From Chiloscyllium plagiosum (taxonomy: Eukaryota), in assembly GCF_004010195.1 (NCBI RefSeq), contig NC_057731.1, forward strand, positions 43,678,623 through 43,742,622: a DNA stretch of 64,000 bases. Reading direction: 5' to 3'. The translations under genes were made by a program, and so were the position numbers. The notes beneath the pieces were generated by a model that saw only the letters and a program-made list of their open reading frames with translations, was not told the origin of the DNA and did not search any database. Below, piece by piece: positions 1 to 12,200 of the stretch. Positions within the stretch are counted from its first letter, which is position 1, and every line of letters begins with the position of its first letter.

Positions 1-99
1 TGGGCCTGGGGAAGGGGAGGGAGCAGGGCCTGGGCCCGGAGTTGAGGCCGACGCCGGGGCCTCACTTTGTGCCGCCGCCGGCTCTGACACCGCCGCCAT
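1..99 (-). CDS. Probable first coding exon of an unidentified gene running off the left edge (MAAVSEPAAAQSEAPASASTPGPGPAPSPSPGP...)
   Basis: CpG-rich segment; on - it reads CAAAATGGCGGCG, an ATG-Ala-Ala start inside a YY1-type motif typical of housekeeping genes. The frame is open to the window edge. A possible donor (A|GTGAGG after MAAVSEPAAAQ) could end the exon earlier. Confidence 0.55.
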   Translation of the reverse strand, partial: MAAVSEPAAAQSEAPASASTPGPGPAPSPSPGP

Positions 100-255
100 T
101 TTGACAGCGTTTGAGCGTTTCACGACACCACCTCTCTTTATAAAGTGGACGCCTCGTTTTACGGCAGTTTGGGCAAGTCGCTGCTCATCATTGTGTATGA
201 CAGTTTGGGCAAATTGGAAATCGCTTTACGGATGAACGGGTGTGCCATTTTGAAG
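91..255 (-). promoter_or_regulatory. Promoter region of the left-edge gene
   Basis: Two GCCATTTTG (YY1-like) motifs at about 95-103 and 244-252, TTTATAAA at 137-144, and a repeated CAGTTTGGGCAA. Confidence 0.4.
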
Positions 256-1952
256 ACAATGCTAAATACTAAGGCAAAACAAAACCTTAAATCCTGTGAC
301 TCAGATTTCAACACGACTGATGTCAGATTTCACTATCAACTGAAAGCTAGTGTGCTTCCAATTAAACCTGTTGGACTATAACCTGGTGTTGTGTGATTTT
401 TAACTGAAAAACAAAACAGGGACAAGTTTAACAGTATTATGAAAGCTTTTACAAAAAAATTAGTTACATTCTCACTGTACAAATACAACTTTAAAACTCA
501 AAGCAACCCATGATCATCAACATGGGCCAAACTGGTCAAAGTTGGGAGCCATACGAATCCTCAGTGTGGCTCTGGTGGCAAAAGTTGTAGGACAGGCCCT
601 TTCTTTGTATACAGTCAGCAGAACAGTAAGCCCAGGGGTGTTGGCCCTCGAGTGCATTTTTCTTCCTTTCAGAACAATCCTAATGTAATCTTTGTGACCC
701 ATCACTTGTATCTTTGCAAAGAATCCAAAGCAACAGAGAAGCCAAAAAGCATCTCATGAAACACAGGGAATTCTGTTACCCTGCAAGTCACCCACATCAT
801 ACCCTGCTTGAATCGTCAACATGCATTCCACTGTGAGAAAAATTGATCAGCTTTAGTGTCAGAATTTTGTGAAACAGAAAATTCAGTGTAATTTACAAAG
901 TATCAGCATTTTTATTTATCTCAAGGTTACTTATGCTGCTTAGTGATAACTGGAAAATTAAGGCATGTCACCAAGGAAAGAAAAATGTGTTCATATAGTG
1001 ATAACTGGAAAATGTTACTCAATATAATTAATTGGTATTAATTATTAACTCATTCGCTTAATATTGGAACAAATTTCCCTGCCAACCTTTAGCACAATCT
1101 TGATCCCCGGCCAGTGCCTCAACTTGATCAGACTGTTCTGAACATTTCCACTTCATTCAATTGTGGGACATAAGCAATTTTTGTCAATCCCTAGTTACTC
1201 TTGAGAAAGTGGTGGTGAGCTGTCTTCTTGAACAGTTACATTCCATCTCTCATAGGAACTCCCCATGTCATTAGTGAGAGAGTTTCAGAATTTTGATCCG
1301 CGACACTGAAGGAATGGTGATATATTTCCAAGTCAGGATGATGTGTAGGTCGGAGATGAACTTGCAGGTAGTAGTGTTCCCATGTATCTGCTACCCTTGT
1401 CTTTTTAGGCAGTAGAGACGTCAAAATTTGAAAGTGCTATCAAAGGAGCCATGGTAAGTTGGTGCAGGGCATCTTGTACATTGTATACACTTCTGCCATT
1501 GTGCATCAGTGGTGAAGGGAGTGAATGTTGAAGCTGGTGGATGGGGTGCCAACCAAGTGTGCTGGATGATGTTGAGGTTCTTGAGTTTTGTAGGAGCTGT
1601 ACTCAAACAGGCAAGTGCAGAGTATTTCATTACACTCCTATTTTGTGCTCTATAGATGGTGAACAGGTATTCCAGAGACTGGAGGTGAGTTGCTCACCAC
1701 AGAATTCCCAGCCTTGAAACTGCTGTTGTAGCCACAGTATTTATATTGCTAGTCTAGTTCAATTTTTGTTCAATGGTAACTCCAGGATGTTGACATTGTG
1801 GAATTCAGCAATGGTTCTGCCATTGGCCATCAAGGGGTGATGGTTAGATTCTCTCTTTTTGAAGATAGGTATTGTCTGGCACTTGTGTGGCAAGACTGTT
1901 GTTTGCTACTTATTACACCAGACTTTGATATTGTCAAGGTCTTGCTCTTTAT

Positions 1953-2350
1953 GTTAAAAATCACACAACACCAGGTTATAGTCCAACAGGTTTAATTGGA
2001 AGCACACTAGCTTTCGGAGCGACGCTCCTTCATCAGGTGACAGTGGAGGTCTCAATCCTAACTCAGAATTTATAGCAAAAATTTACAGTGTGATGTAACT
2101 GAAATTATACATTGAAAAATTGATTGTCTGTTAAGCCTTTCATCTGTTAGAATACAGTGATAGTTTCACTTCTTTCATGTAAATTTTTGCTATAAATTCT
2201 GTGTTAGGATTGAGCCTTCCACTATCACCTGATGAAGGAGCGTCGCTCCGAAAGCTAGTGTGCTTCCAATTAAACCTGTTTGACTATAACCTGGTGTCGT
2301 GTGATTTTTAACTTTGTACACCCCAGTCCAACACCGGCATCTCCAAATCA
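1953..2350. mobile_element. Penelope-like-element-derived insertion with about 135-bp inverted arms, each carrying a minimal hammerhead motif
   Basis: Arms about 1953-2087 and 2178-2312 are reverse complements. A 12-bp target duplication TTGCTCTTTATG is at 1942-1953 and 2351-2362. CTGATGA-stem-GAAA cores are present. Confidence 0.7.
2226..2260 (+). ncRNA. Minimal hammerhead ribozyme motif (PLE type); mirror copy at 2005-2039 on -
   Basis: CAC-CTGATGA-A-GGAGC-GTC-GCTCC-GAAA-GCTA-GTG: conserved core, 5-bp stem II, palindromic AGCT stem III, 3-bp stem I. Confidence 0.55.
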
Positions 2351-3084
2351 TTGCTCTTTATGGACATGGACTGCCTCAGTATCTGAGCTGTTGTGAACAG
2401 TGCTGAACATTGTGCAATGATCAGAGAACATCACCACCTCTGACCTAATGATGGAGGGAAGGCCATTGATGAAGCAGAGGAAGTTGGCCTACGAGGCCTT
2501 GGACACTACCGTGAGGTATTCCTGCAAAGATGTCATAGAACTGAGATGAATGACCTCCAACAATCCAAACTTCTTCCTTTGTGTCAGGTATGACTCCAAT
2601 CAACGGAGAGTTTTCTCCTTAACTCCAGTTTTGCTATGGCTCCTTGATGTCATACTTCATCAGTTGCCACGTTGAAGTCAAGGGCAGTCACTCTCACTAG
2701 TCCTGGGGCACAAGTCTTCAATACTATTGCCAGGATATTGTCAGAGTTCATAGCTTCTGCAGTATCCAGTATCTTCATCCATACCTTGATATCACGTGGA
2801 GTGAATCAAATTGACTGAAGACTGCCTACTGCCACCTTCATAATGTCACTCATTTAGACCTTACATTCTACTTGACCGCATACATTTAAATTGGAACAAT
2901 ACAGAGAACATTAGTCTCTCTGCTGGTGGAAATGTCTTCTATATTTTATCAAGACTGGATTCAATTACTCACCTCCACACATATGTACGCATATCGCTCC
3001 CCCCCATACCATCTCTTTTCCATGCTGAGTAAACTTTGGTTTGTCCAAACCTCTGTTGCTGTATCTTGACTCACATCAAGTCAA

Positions 3085-3930
3085 AAATAGATGGGAAGAC
3101 AAATGCTGAGGATGCCACAAAGAATCTACAAAAGAAATAAGTGGCCAAAGCTCGGCTAATGGAATATAATGTGAGTTATGTGCCTTGGCAGGAAGAACAG
3201 AGGGGCTGAATATTATTTAAATGTAGAAATAATGCAGAAAGCTGCAGAACAGTGAGCTTTTGGAGTCCTCATCTATGAATCACAAAAAGCTAACACCCAA
3301 GTTCGGCAGGTATCAGGGAAGGCAAATGTAATTTTGGCCTCTATTTCAAATAAGGGGGTTTCGCTAAAACTATGCAAGGCACTAGTCAGACAACAGCAGA
3401 AATGTTGTGAACAGTTTGGGTTCTTTATCCACGAGAAGATATTCTGACTTTGGAGGCAGTTCATTAGGTTGATACCAGATGTGGAGGGACTGCCTTATGA
3501 GGAAGAGTTGAGTTGGTTGGGTATGTACTCATTGAAATTTAGAAGATGAGAGGCGACTTTCTTGAAACATTGAAGATTCTTAAGGGATTTGACAGAGTAG
3601 ATGCAAAAAGATTGTTTCCCTGTGTGGGACAGTCTAGGACCAGAGGGCATAATCTTAGAATAAGGGGTCACACATTAAAGACAGAGATGAGGAGGAGTTT
3701 CTTCTCGTAGAGGGTAGTGAATCTGCAAAATTCTTTACCACAGAGGGTTATAGAGACTGAGTCATTAAGTATATTCGAGGCTGAGATAGACCTAATTTTA
3801 ATCAGTAAGGGATCAAGGGTCAAGGGAAAAGTTCAAGAATAATAGATCCGCAATGATGAGCTAATGAATGGTGGAGCAGGCTCAATGGGCTGAATGGCCT
3901 ACTTTTTCTCTGATGTCTTATGATCTTATT
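3085..3930 (+). mobile_element. CR1-clade LINE 3' fragment
   Basis: Degenerate ORF2 C-terminal sequence and a CR1-type 3' end (GGCTGAATGGCCTACT...TCTTATGATCTTA). Confidence 0.65.
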
Positions 3931-4525
3931 GACCCATCATCCCCTCTGTCCACTGACAACACCCTCCATGCCCATTACCCAACAACCCCCATCCTCACTG
4001 AGAACACCCTTGTCTTCATTGCTCAAAACCTCACGTCCATTGACAATGTCCATTATTGTTCAACCTCCAACATCCCATGCCCACTGACCAATAACCCCTG
4101 CCTTCTACCACCATCCTTCAACCGCCTTGCTCACTGCCCAATACACCTCATGCCATTTGACCAATGCCTTGTACTCCCATGCCATTGACGGGCATTCCTT
4201 ACCCCCTTGCCCATGAACCCCATGCCCACTGAGCGATCATGATATAAAATTCTTATTTAGTTTAGATTCTGTCATGGCCTTGCTCCGTCAGTCTCTCTCT
4301 TTCTTGACCCCTATACTACAACCCTGAAGCTCTGAATCCAGCAGCCTTTCTCTCGCTGCCACCAACCCATTTCTGGTAACGAGTCTTGGACAGCCAAGTG
4401 GGTCAGACGAGTGCCACATTGCTGTTATGTTAAAAGGTACCCCCCACCCCAGACCTTTTCTTACCGCTTTCTTGCTGGGTGAGGTGACAAGGATTCAAGT
4501 TAGGGTTTTAATGAAATTGGACTCC

Positions 4526-4650
4526 TGACCTTGTGGCTGTGGCAGTAAAGGCTCTGGGGTATGTTTATGGTGTTTGCCAGAATCCAGCTGTACACTTCCC
4601 ACACTTAAACTCAATGTTTTGAAACATTGAGAACTCTTGGAGCATATAAA
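4526..4650 (+). promoter_or_regulatory. Putative pancreatic-acinar promoter of the lipase gene
   Basis: TGACCTTG (NR5A2-like) 4526-4533; TGTTTAT and TGTTTGC (FoxA-like) 4562-4577; E-box CAGCTG 4585-4590, then 5 bp, then TTCCCACA (RBPJ/L TC-box) 4596-4603; TATAAA 4645-4650. Confidence 0.6.
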
Positions 4651-4694
4651 TAAGAGTGAGAACAGCGGCAAGCTCCAGAGGTTGTGCTTGTATC

Positions 4695-4709
4695 ATGGTC
4701 TTAGGGAAG
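4695..4709 (+). CDS. Probable upstream first exon of the lipase; in-frame ATG adds MVLGK
   Basis: About 45 bp downstream of the TATA; ATCATGG Kozak context; donor AAG|GTGAGT at 4710; phase-0 join to the acceptor immediately before ATG 6185. Confidence 0.5.
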
Positions 4710-5199
4710 GTGAGTCTCTCTATTTAATGCTTCACTTCTTACCCAGAATAAATGTCACTTTAATGTTCCTGACTGGGAGGAGGGGAAATACTTGAGGTTG
4801 TTCATTAGAATGGGACCAAAGGAAAAACTGGCAGCAGCTGTCCCATAACACAGGAACCAGTGAGGAGAAAAAGGGAAAAAACAGAACAATAGTGACCTCG
4901 AATGCACTGCCTGAAAAGTTGGTGGAAGCAAATTCAATTAAAGCTTTCAAACAGGAATTGAATGTACCTGAAAGAAGGAAATATATTTTCTGGGCAAAGG
5001 GCAGATGGGTCTAAGACCAAGAAAGATACGATGGGCCAAATAGCCTGAGATTCCTTCACTTGATGTGAATGTGAGACACAGCAAATTAAGAAATAGGGAG
5101 CAGGAAACTGCAAACTTAGCTATTGGCATTTTCCATTGACATCATCAAAAGTGTTTTCTAATTTTATATTTCTCAGAGACAGTGTGGAAAATACCCTCA

Positions 5200-5780
5200 G
5201 AGTGAGTGAGGAGAGAGAGAAGTGAAGAGGAACGGAGCTGAGGAATGCAGGAGGTAACAAGGAGAAGCAAGGGAGCAGCGAAGGGGGTGAAGAGAAGGGA
5301 ATAAAGAGTGGGGACATAATGAATAGGAAGGGTTTGGAGGGATATGGGCCGGGTACTGGCAGGTGAGACGAGATTGGGTTGGGATACCTGGTTGGCGTGG
5401 ACACGTTGGACCGAATGGTCTGTTTCTGTACTGCACATCTCTCTCTCTCTCTGATTATAATGAGGAGGACCATTGAGGAATAAGGGAGGTAACAAAGAGA
5501 AGATTCTGAGGGGTGAGGGAGGTGAGGAGGGGAAGTGAAAAGTGAGGGAGATGAGGAGGTGATCGGTGAGGAGGACAAGGCTGAAGAGAAAGAGAGGTGA
5601 GGAGAGAGGAAGATAAGGATGGAAGTGTTAAGAATTGAACGAAGTTAAGAATGAGGGAGAGCGTGAGGAGTGAGGAAGGTGAGGGCAGTGAGTGTGAGGA
5701 GGCGGAAGTGAGGTGGATGAAGGTGAAGAGAAAGGCATGTGATGGGGAGAGGGAGGAGGCTGAGAAAGGTGAGGAGAGAG
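5200..5780. repeat. Purine-rich (GA) low-complexity tract containing a short CR1/HER1 3' fragment (about 5317-5440)
   Basis: GAG/GTGAG-rich degenerate repeats. Confidence 0.6.
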
Positions 5781-6184
5781 GAGCCATTCTAGTTTTAAGA
5801 TCCTTAAGGGTTAGTAGGGGAAGGAACCAGAATGTAATCATGGCCAGGATTTGTGGGGGTGTAGGAGAGAGTTGGTGGAACACATGAGGAGAAGAGAAGC
5901 TTTGAGGAGCTGCAGTTTGGGAGGGAGTCACGGTTCATCAGGAGCTCCATAATAATTTGGCAGAGTGATAAGGATCGGTGAGTATCACTGTTTCAGATTT
6001 AAAAATGTAACAATTAAAGTGAGCGAATGTGGTCCTGTTCACTAGACTCTTTGTTCACAGTCTGTACACTGACACGACTAAAGCTAATATGAGATGATGG
6101 TAGTTTCCTGAGTTGGTTCCAGGTGTTAAAGTCTCTTCACTGGTTGATATGGCGATGACAGCAGCGACTTCATCTCTCTTTCAG

Positions 6185-6233
6185 ATGCTGAGGCTCCTGC
6201 TTGCCGTCACCCTCCTTCTAATCCAGGTCAATG
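6185..6233 (+). CDS. Lipase coding exon 1: signal peptide [16 protein letters not shown]
   Basis: Acceptor tttcag directly before the ATG; donor G|GTAAGG; hydrophobic leader. Confidence 0.88.
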
Positions 6234-9200
6234 GTAAGGAAACAAGAGAGCACTCGGTTCTGTGGGAATGCTCAAGGTGAAGCACATGAGTGGGACCAGC
6301 CTAGAGTCGTTGCTCCTGAAGTACTCACTGTATGGGGGAAATCTTAAATACTGTCATGACAGTATTTGGGAAAATGAATTAATCAGGAAAGTGACTTTGA
6401 AAGTGACTCAAACCCTGTATAAATCAATCAACACCCTCATGTACTTTAAAGTAGGAAAGTAGATCCTGTCTAAGCTATCGACAATTGGGGGCGGCACGGT
6501 GGCAGGGGGCGGCACGGTGGCACAGTGGTTAGCACTGCAGCCTCACAGCGCCAGCAGACCCGGGTTCAATTCCCACCTCAGGCGACTGACTGTGTGGAGT
6601 TTGCACGTTCTCCCCGTGTCTGCGTGGGTTTTCTCCGGGTGCTCCGGTTTCCTCCCACAGTCCAAAGATGTGCAGGTCAGGTGAATTGGCCATGCTAAAT
6701 TGCCCCATAGTGTTAGGGTCGGTGTGGACTTGTTGGGCCGAAGGGCCTGTTTCCACACTGTAATCTAATCTAATCTAATCTAATCTAATCTAAATTCTAA
6801 ACACTTAGACGTCTCAGGGCAACTTGGGATCGGAGATCATAAAAAATAAAATGCATCAGGATAGGTACAGCATGGGGTTAGCCACACAGCAAAGCTCCTT
6901 CTACTCTTTTAACTGAAATTAAAGCTCCCTCTACTCTTTTAAACTAGGAGTAAACTGAAAGTAAAGTTCCCTTGACACAGTCCTCATCAAACACTCCCAC
7001 AACAGGGACAGCACAATATTCAATGCAGAGTGAAGCTTCCTCTGCTCTTTTACAACAGCAAGGAAAGAGGAAATAAAGTTCCCACAACACCATCTCCATC
7101 AAACACTCCTGGGACAGGAACAGCACAGGGTTAAATACGGAATAAAGCTTCTTCTACACTGCCCCTATCAAATGCACAATTAGAGTTATCACCCATCACT
7201 CTGTGATAGACTGAAATAAGGAAACACACAATGGCTGATACAGTGAATCTGTGAGTTTTATTAACCTTTTGGTTATCTGTCAGCATTAAGTGTCTGTTGT
7301 TCAATGTGACAAGCCTTGTGATATCTTATGAAGTTACAGGCACTAAATCAATATGGGTTGTTGTCATGGAATCACACAGTCTGATATAATAATCTGTCTT
7401 TGGAAATCCCTTAGATATGCCATGTGCCTAAATCTGGTACCATATAATGCACGTTGACTGCTTGTGAGGGTTTGGATCAGATTGCATATTATTCTCACTA
7501 ACTCTGTTTTCCTTTACCTGTTAATGCTGCCTTCTTTGAAGCGGAGGGCATTTGCTTTGACAGACTCGGCTGCTTCCCAGGTGGATATCCATGGACAGGG
7601 ACAAAGGAGAGGCCTGCTAACAAACTCCCCTGGAGCCCGGAAAAGATCAACATACGTTTCCTGCTGTACACTAGGCAGAACCCAAACAATTATCAGGTAG
7701 GGACACTTAGAACATCCTCACAGGCAGTCACCAATAGCAGGAATTTGGAGGGTTGAAGTGTTGGGAGAGACTGAATAGGCTGGGGGTATTTTCAATGGAG
7801 TGACCTATTGAGGCTTATAAAATCATGAGAGGCGTAGACAGAAAAATAGCCAAGGTCTTTTTCCCACGATAGTGGAGTCCAAAACTAGAGGGCATAGGTT
7901 TAAGGTGAGAGGGGAATGAATTAAAAGGGACTTAAGGGGCAACTCTTTCACACAGAAGGTGCTGCGTGTATGGAATGAGCTGCCAGAGGTAGTGGTGAAA
8001 GCTGGTACAATTACAACATTTACAAGATCTTTGAGGGGCACATGAATAGGAATGGGCCAATGCTGGCAAATGAGACTCAGTTTAGGATATTTGGCCTGTG
8101 TGGAAGGATTTGTGTCTGTGCTGTATAACTCTGTGACTGTAAGAGGAATGACGGTACAGAGTAATTAATGCACATGTGTGATTTGATCCAATGTAAGTAC
8201 ACCCCTGGCCCTGAGTTCTTTGGCGCATTTGAAATAAGCACAGAGGTACTAGTTTGAGGCACTTATACAGATTTACACTGTGAGATCCTAGCCTGAAATT
8301 CCTGATTGTAATGTCAGTTATCACATCACCACTGTGAAGTGTGTATCAAATTCTAGCACCTACACATGCACAGTTAAATATAAAAAAACCTGGATGTTGC
8401 TAAGTGATACCTTTTCCTGATGAAAGGCTTATGCACAAAACGTCGGTTCTCATGCTCCTTGAATGCTACCTGACCTGCTGTGCTTTTACAGCACCACACT
8501 CATGACTAAGTCAACTTTACTTCTAGATAACCTCTCTGACTCTCCAAAACAAATATACGTGTGGGTCTCATTTCCTCAGGGTAAGATTTCAATCACAAAG
8601 TCAGAAGTGGAGACGTTCGTCCGAGATTGCACAATGTTCAGCACCATTCGCAACTCCTCAGCTACTGAAGCAGTGAACGTTCAAATGCATCAAGACCTTG
8701 ACAGTACCTTGAAGCTGGAGTTGAAAAGTGGCAAATGGCATTCATGCCACACAAATGCCAGGGCTCATAGCTCATAGATTCTGGATTAGTGGTGCTGGAA
8801 GAGCACAGCAGTTCAGGCAGCATCCAAGGAGCAGCGAAATCGATGTTTCGGGCAAAAGCCCTTCATCAGGAATATAGCTCATAGAGCCATACAGCATGGA
8901 AACAGACCCAAGTCCGTGCTGACCATGTCCGCAAACTAAACTAGTCCCACCTGCCTACTCCTGGCCCATATCCCTCCAAACCTTTCCAATTCATGTATCT
9001 ATCCAAACGCCTTTTAAATATTGTAACTGTATGTGCATCCACCACTTCTTCTGGCAGTTCATTCCACACGCTAACCACTCTCTGTGTAAAAAACAAGTTG
9101 CCCCTCATATCCTTTTTAAATCTTTCTCCTCACACCTTAAAAATATGCCCCTAGTTTTAAACTCCCCACGTTTGGGGAAAAGAACCTGTTATCAGCTTAT

Positions 9201-12200
9201 CTATGTCACTCATCATTTTATAAACCTCTATAAGGTAAGCTCCTACTCTCCAGTGACAAAAGTCCCAGCCTATTTTTATTACTCAAACCCTCCATTCATG
9301 GCAACATTGTGGTAAATCTTTTCTGAACCCTCTCCAGTTTAATAATATCCTTCATGAAGACAGATCACAATATGACATAATGGGCAAACATGCAGTAACA
9401 GAAAAGACTTGCATCATTCTCCCTTTTCAAAATAATATTGGAATAGTGGAAGCCTTGCACATCCACCAATGTCATTTATTGTATCCATTGTTACCGATAC
9501 GGTCTCCTCTACATTGGGGAGACTGGATGCCTCCTCGCAGAGCGCTTCAGGGAATACCTCCGGGACACCCGCACCAATCAACCCCACCGCCCTGTGGCCC
9601 AACATTTCAACTCCACCTCCCACTCTGCCGAGGACATGCAGGTCCTGGGCCTCCTTCACCGCCGCTCCCACCCTCGCCACCCGAAGCCCGGAGGAAGAAC
9701 GCCTCATCTTCCACCTCGGAACACTTCAACCCCAGGCATCAATGTGGACTTCACCAGTTTCCTCATTTCCCCTCCCTCCACCTTACCTCAGTTCCAACCT
9801 TCCAGCTCNNNNNNNNNNNNNNNNNNNNNNCACCCCCATACACCTATTGTACTCTTTGCTACCTTTCCCCACCCTCCTCTCTGACCTATCACCTCCATCC
9901 TCACCCCCATTCACCTATTGTTCTCTTTGCTACCTTCTCCCCAGCCCCACCCCCACATTTATCTCTCCACCCTGGAGGCTTCCTGCCTCTATTCCTGATG
10001 AAGGGCTTTTGCCCAAAGCGTCGATTTTCCTGATCCTCGGATGCTGCCTAACCTGCTGTGCTTTTCAAGCACCACTCTGACCTAAACTCTGGTTTCCAGC
10101 ATCTGCAGTCCTCACTTTTGCCAAGTGGAACCCTTCAGCCAAGGAGAGAGAGGCACTTAATGAAGCTAAATCAATTGGTGAATGCTTTAACTCATTGAAT
10201 TTGTGTAGCTGTACACAGTCCTCAACTTAAGTCAATGATGAAAAATATAGAGCACTATAGGGATAAAACACTGAACAAATTCAGGAAAAACAGATAAAAA
10301 CATTAGAGAACAATTCAGCGATGAACATCTCCAATAAAAGACAGTCTAATCACTGACCCTTGACATTCAATGGCATTACCATTGCTGAATCCCCCACCAT
10401 CAACATCCTGGCAGTTGCCATTGCCCAGAAAAGCAACTGGACTCACCATAAAATACAGTGACTCCAATAGCAGGTTAGAGGCTAGAAATACTGCAGCAAG
10501 AAACTAATTTCCTGACTCCCCAAAAGCCTATCCATCATCTACTCATCACGAGTGTGATGGAATGCTTCCTATTTGCCCTGATGGGTGCAACTCCAACGAC
10601 ACTCAAGAAGATTGACACCAGCCAAGACAAAGCAGTTCATTTGATTGGCACCACATCCACTCCCTCCAACACTGACATTGAATAGCAGCAGGTCAAGAAG
10701 GCAACTCACCAGCATCTTCTCAAGGGCAAATTAGGGGTGGACAATAAATGCTGCAAAGGCCATATCCCACAAAAACTAAAAAAAATCCTTGACTTTTAAA
10801 ATGATGACATTAATGATATTTAATCTTTTAATCTTGCGTCTGTCTGGATCTTTATTTCCTGCATGCCCTTAGAAAGGGAGTTATAATTCCTGTTCTTTAT
10901 TGTCTGCTTGACTCTTCAATCTGCTTGGCTGATGAATCTATCTGCTCCCACACTTTTGGAGGGTGACAGACTTAAAGTTAGATCAAATTCTGGAAAATCC
11001 ATGATCTTGTGAAAATCAGATCTTTACAGAAAACCTTTCTTTTGGTCATACAGAGAGCGTGGTCCCTCTGGTACTGACCACCCAATCAGGATCAAGAAAA
11101 ACAAACCATGTGCTTGTGACAGCTTCAACTATATTACGAACATTTGAGGGGGGATCACTTCTAATCTGAATCTCAACCTGTTTCTTGTTATTTGTTTAGG
11201 AAATTAGTGGAACAAACCCTGAGACAGTAGATGCTTCAAACTTTGACCTTGATCAGAAATCAGTGTTCATCATGCATGGATACTTGGAAAATGGAGATGT
11301 CAGCTGGGCTGTAGATCTATGCAAGGTGAGAGCTGGTGATATGTATCACATGTGAGCTGGGGAAATGTACATAGTGATATGTACATAATGATATGTACGT
11401 CGCATGTGATATGTACATAAGAGCTGGGGAAACCCGCAAGGTGTGAGCTGGGCTGCAAGATGTGTGTTGGGGAAGCATGCAAGGTGTGAGTTGGGACATT
11501 GTGCAAGGTGGCAGCCAGAGTCTGTGTAATATGTAAAATTAGGAAGTGTGCAAATTGTGAGGTGGAGAAGTGTGCAAGGTGTGAACTGGGAAAGTGTGCA
11601 AGCTGTGAGCTGGGGAAGTGTGTGCAAGATGTGAACTACAGAACTGTGCGAGATGTGAGAGCTGGTGATATCTGTAAGGTGAGGGCTGCAGAAGTGTCCA
11701 TGCTGTGAGAGCTGGGGAGGTATGTCAGGGGTAACTGGTTTCTGTATAGAAGCCTGGTGACTTTCTGAAGTGAGAAGAGGGATGGCAAATGGGAAATAGG
11801 GCTGACAACCCTCGAGGATTGCTTTGGGAATAGACAATAAACCTCAGGAGCCAACATCACTGGGTGCTACAATCGATTGTGTGATATTTATTCATCCTTT
11901 TTCAACAATTTTATGGAGGCTTACAAAGGTAAGAGAGGCATGGATAGGATAAATAGATAAAGTCTTTTCCCTGGGGTCGGGGAGTCCAGAACTAGAGGGC
12001 ATAGGTTTAGGGTGAGAGGGGAAAGATATAAAAGAGACCTAAGGAACAACTTTTTCACACAGAGGGTGGTACATGTATAGAATGAGCTACCAGAGGAAGT
12101 GGTGGAAGCTGGTATAATTACAACATTTAAAAGGCACCTGGATGGATATATGAATAGGAAGGGTTTGAAGGGATATGGGCCGGGTGCTGGCAGGTGGGAC

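Larger units (their letters stand above)
1160..2830 (-). mobile_element. Decayed LINE (CR1/L2-group) fragment interrupted by a Penelope-derived insertion
   Basis: Same family as 37190-38680, which encodes an RT remnant; the sequence resumes after the 1953-2350 insertion. Confidence 0.6.

Noticed and set aside
5120-5931. Ser/Pro/Leu-rich ORFs
   Set aside because: Translations of purine-rich low-complexity sequence and a CR1 tail.
6505-6580. tRNA-like sequence with A/B boxes
   Set aside because: It is a SINE head followed by a V-domain and a LINE-derived tail, not a tRNA gene.
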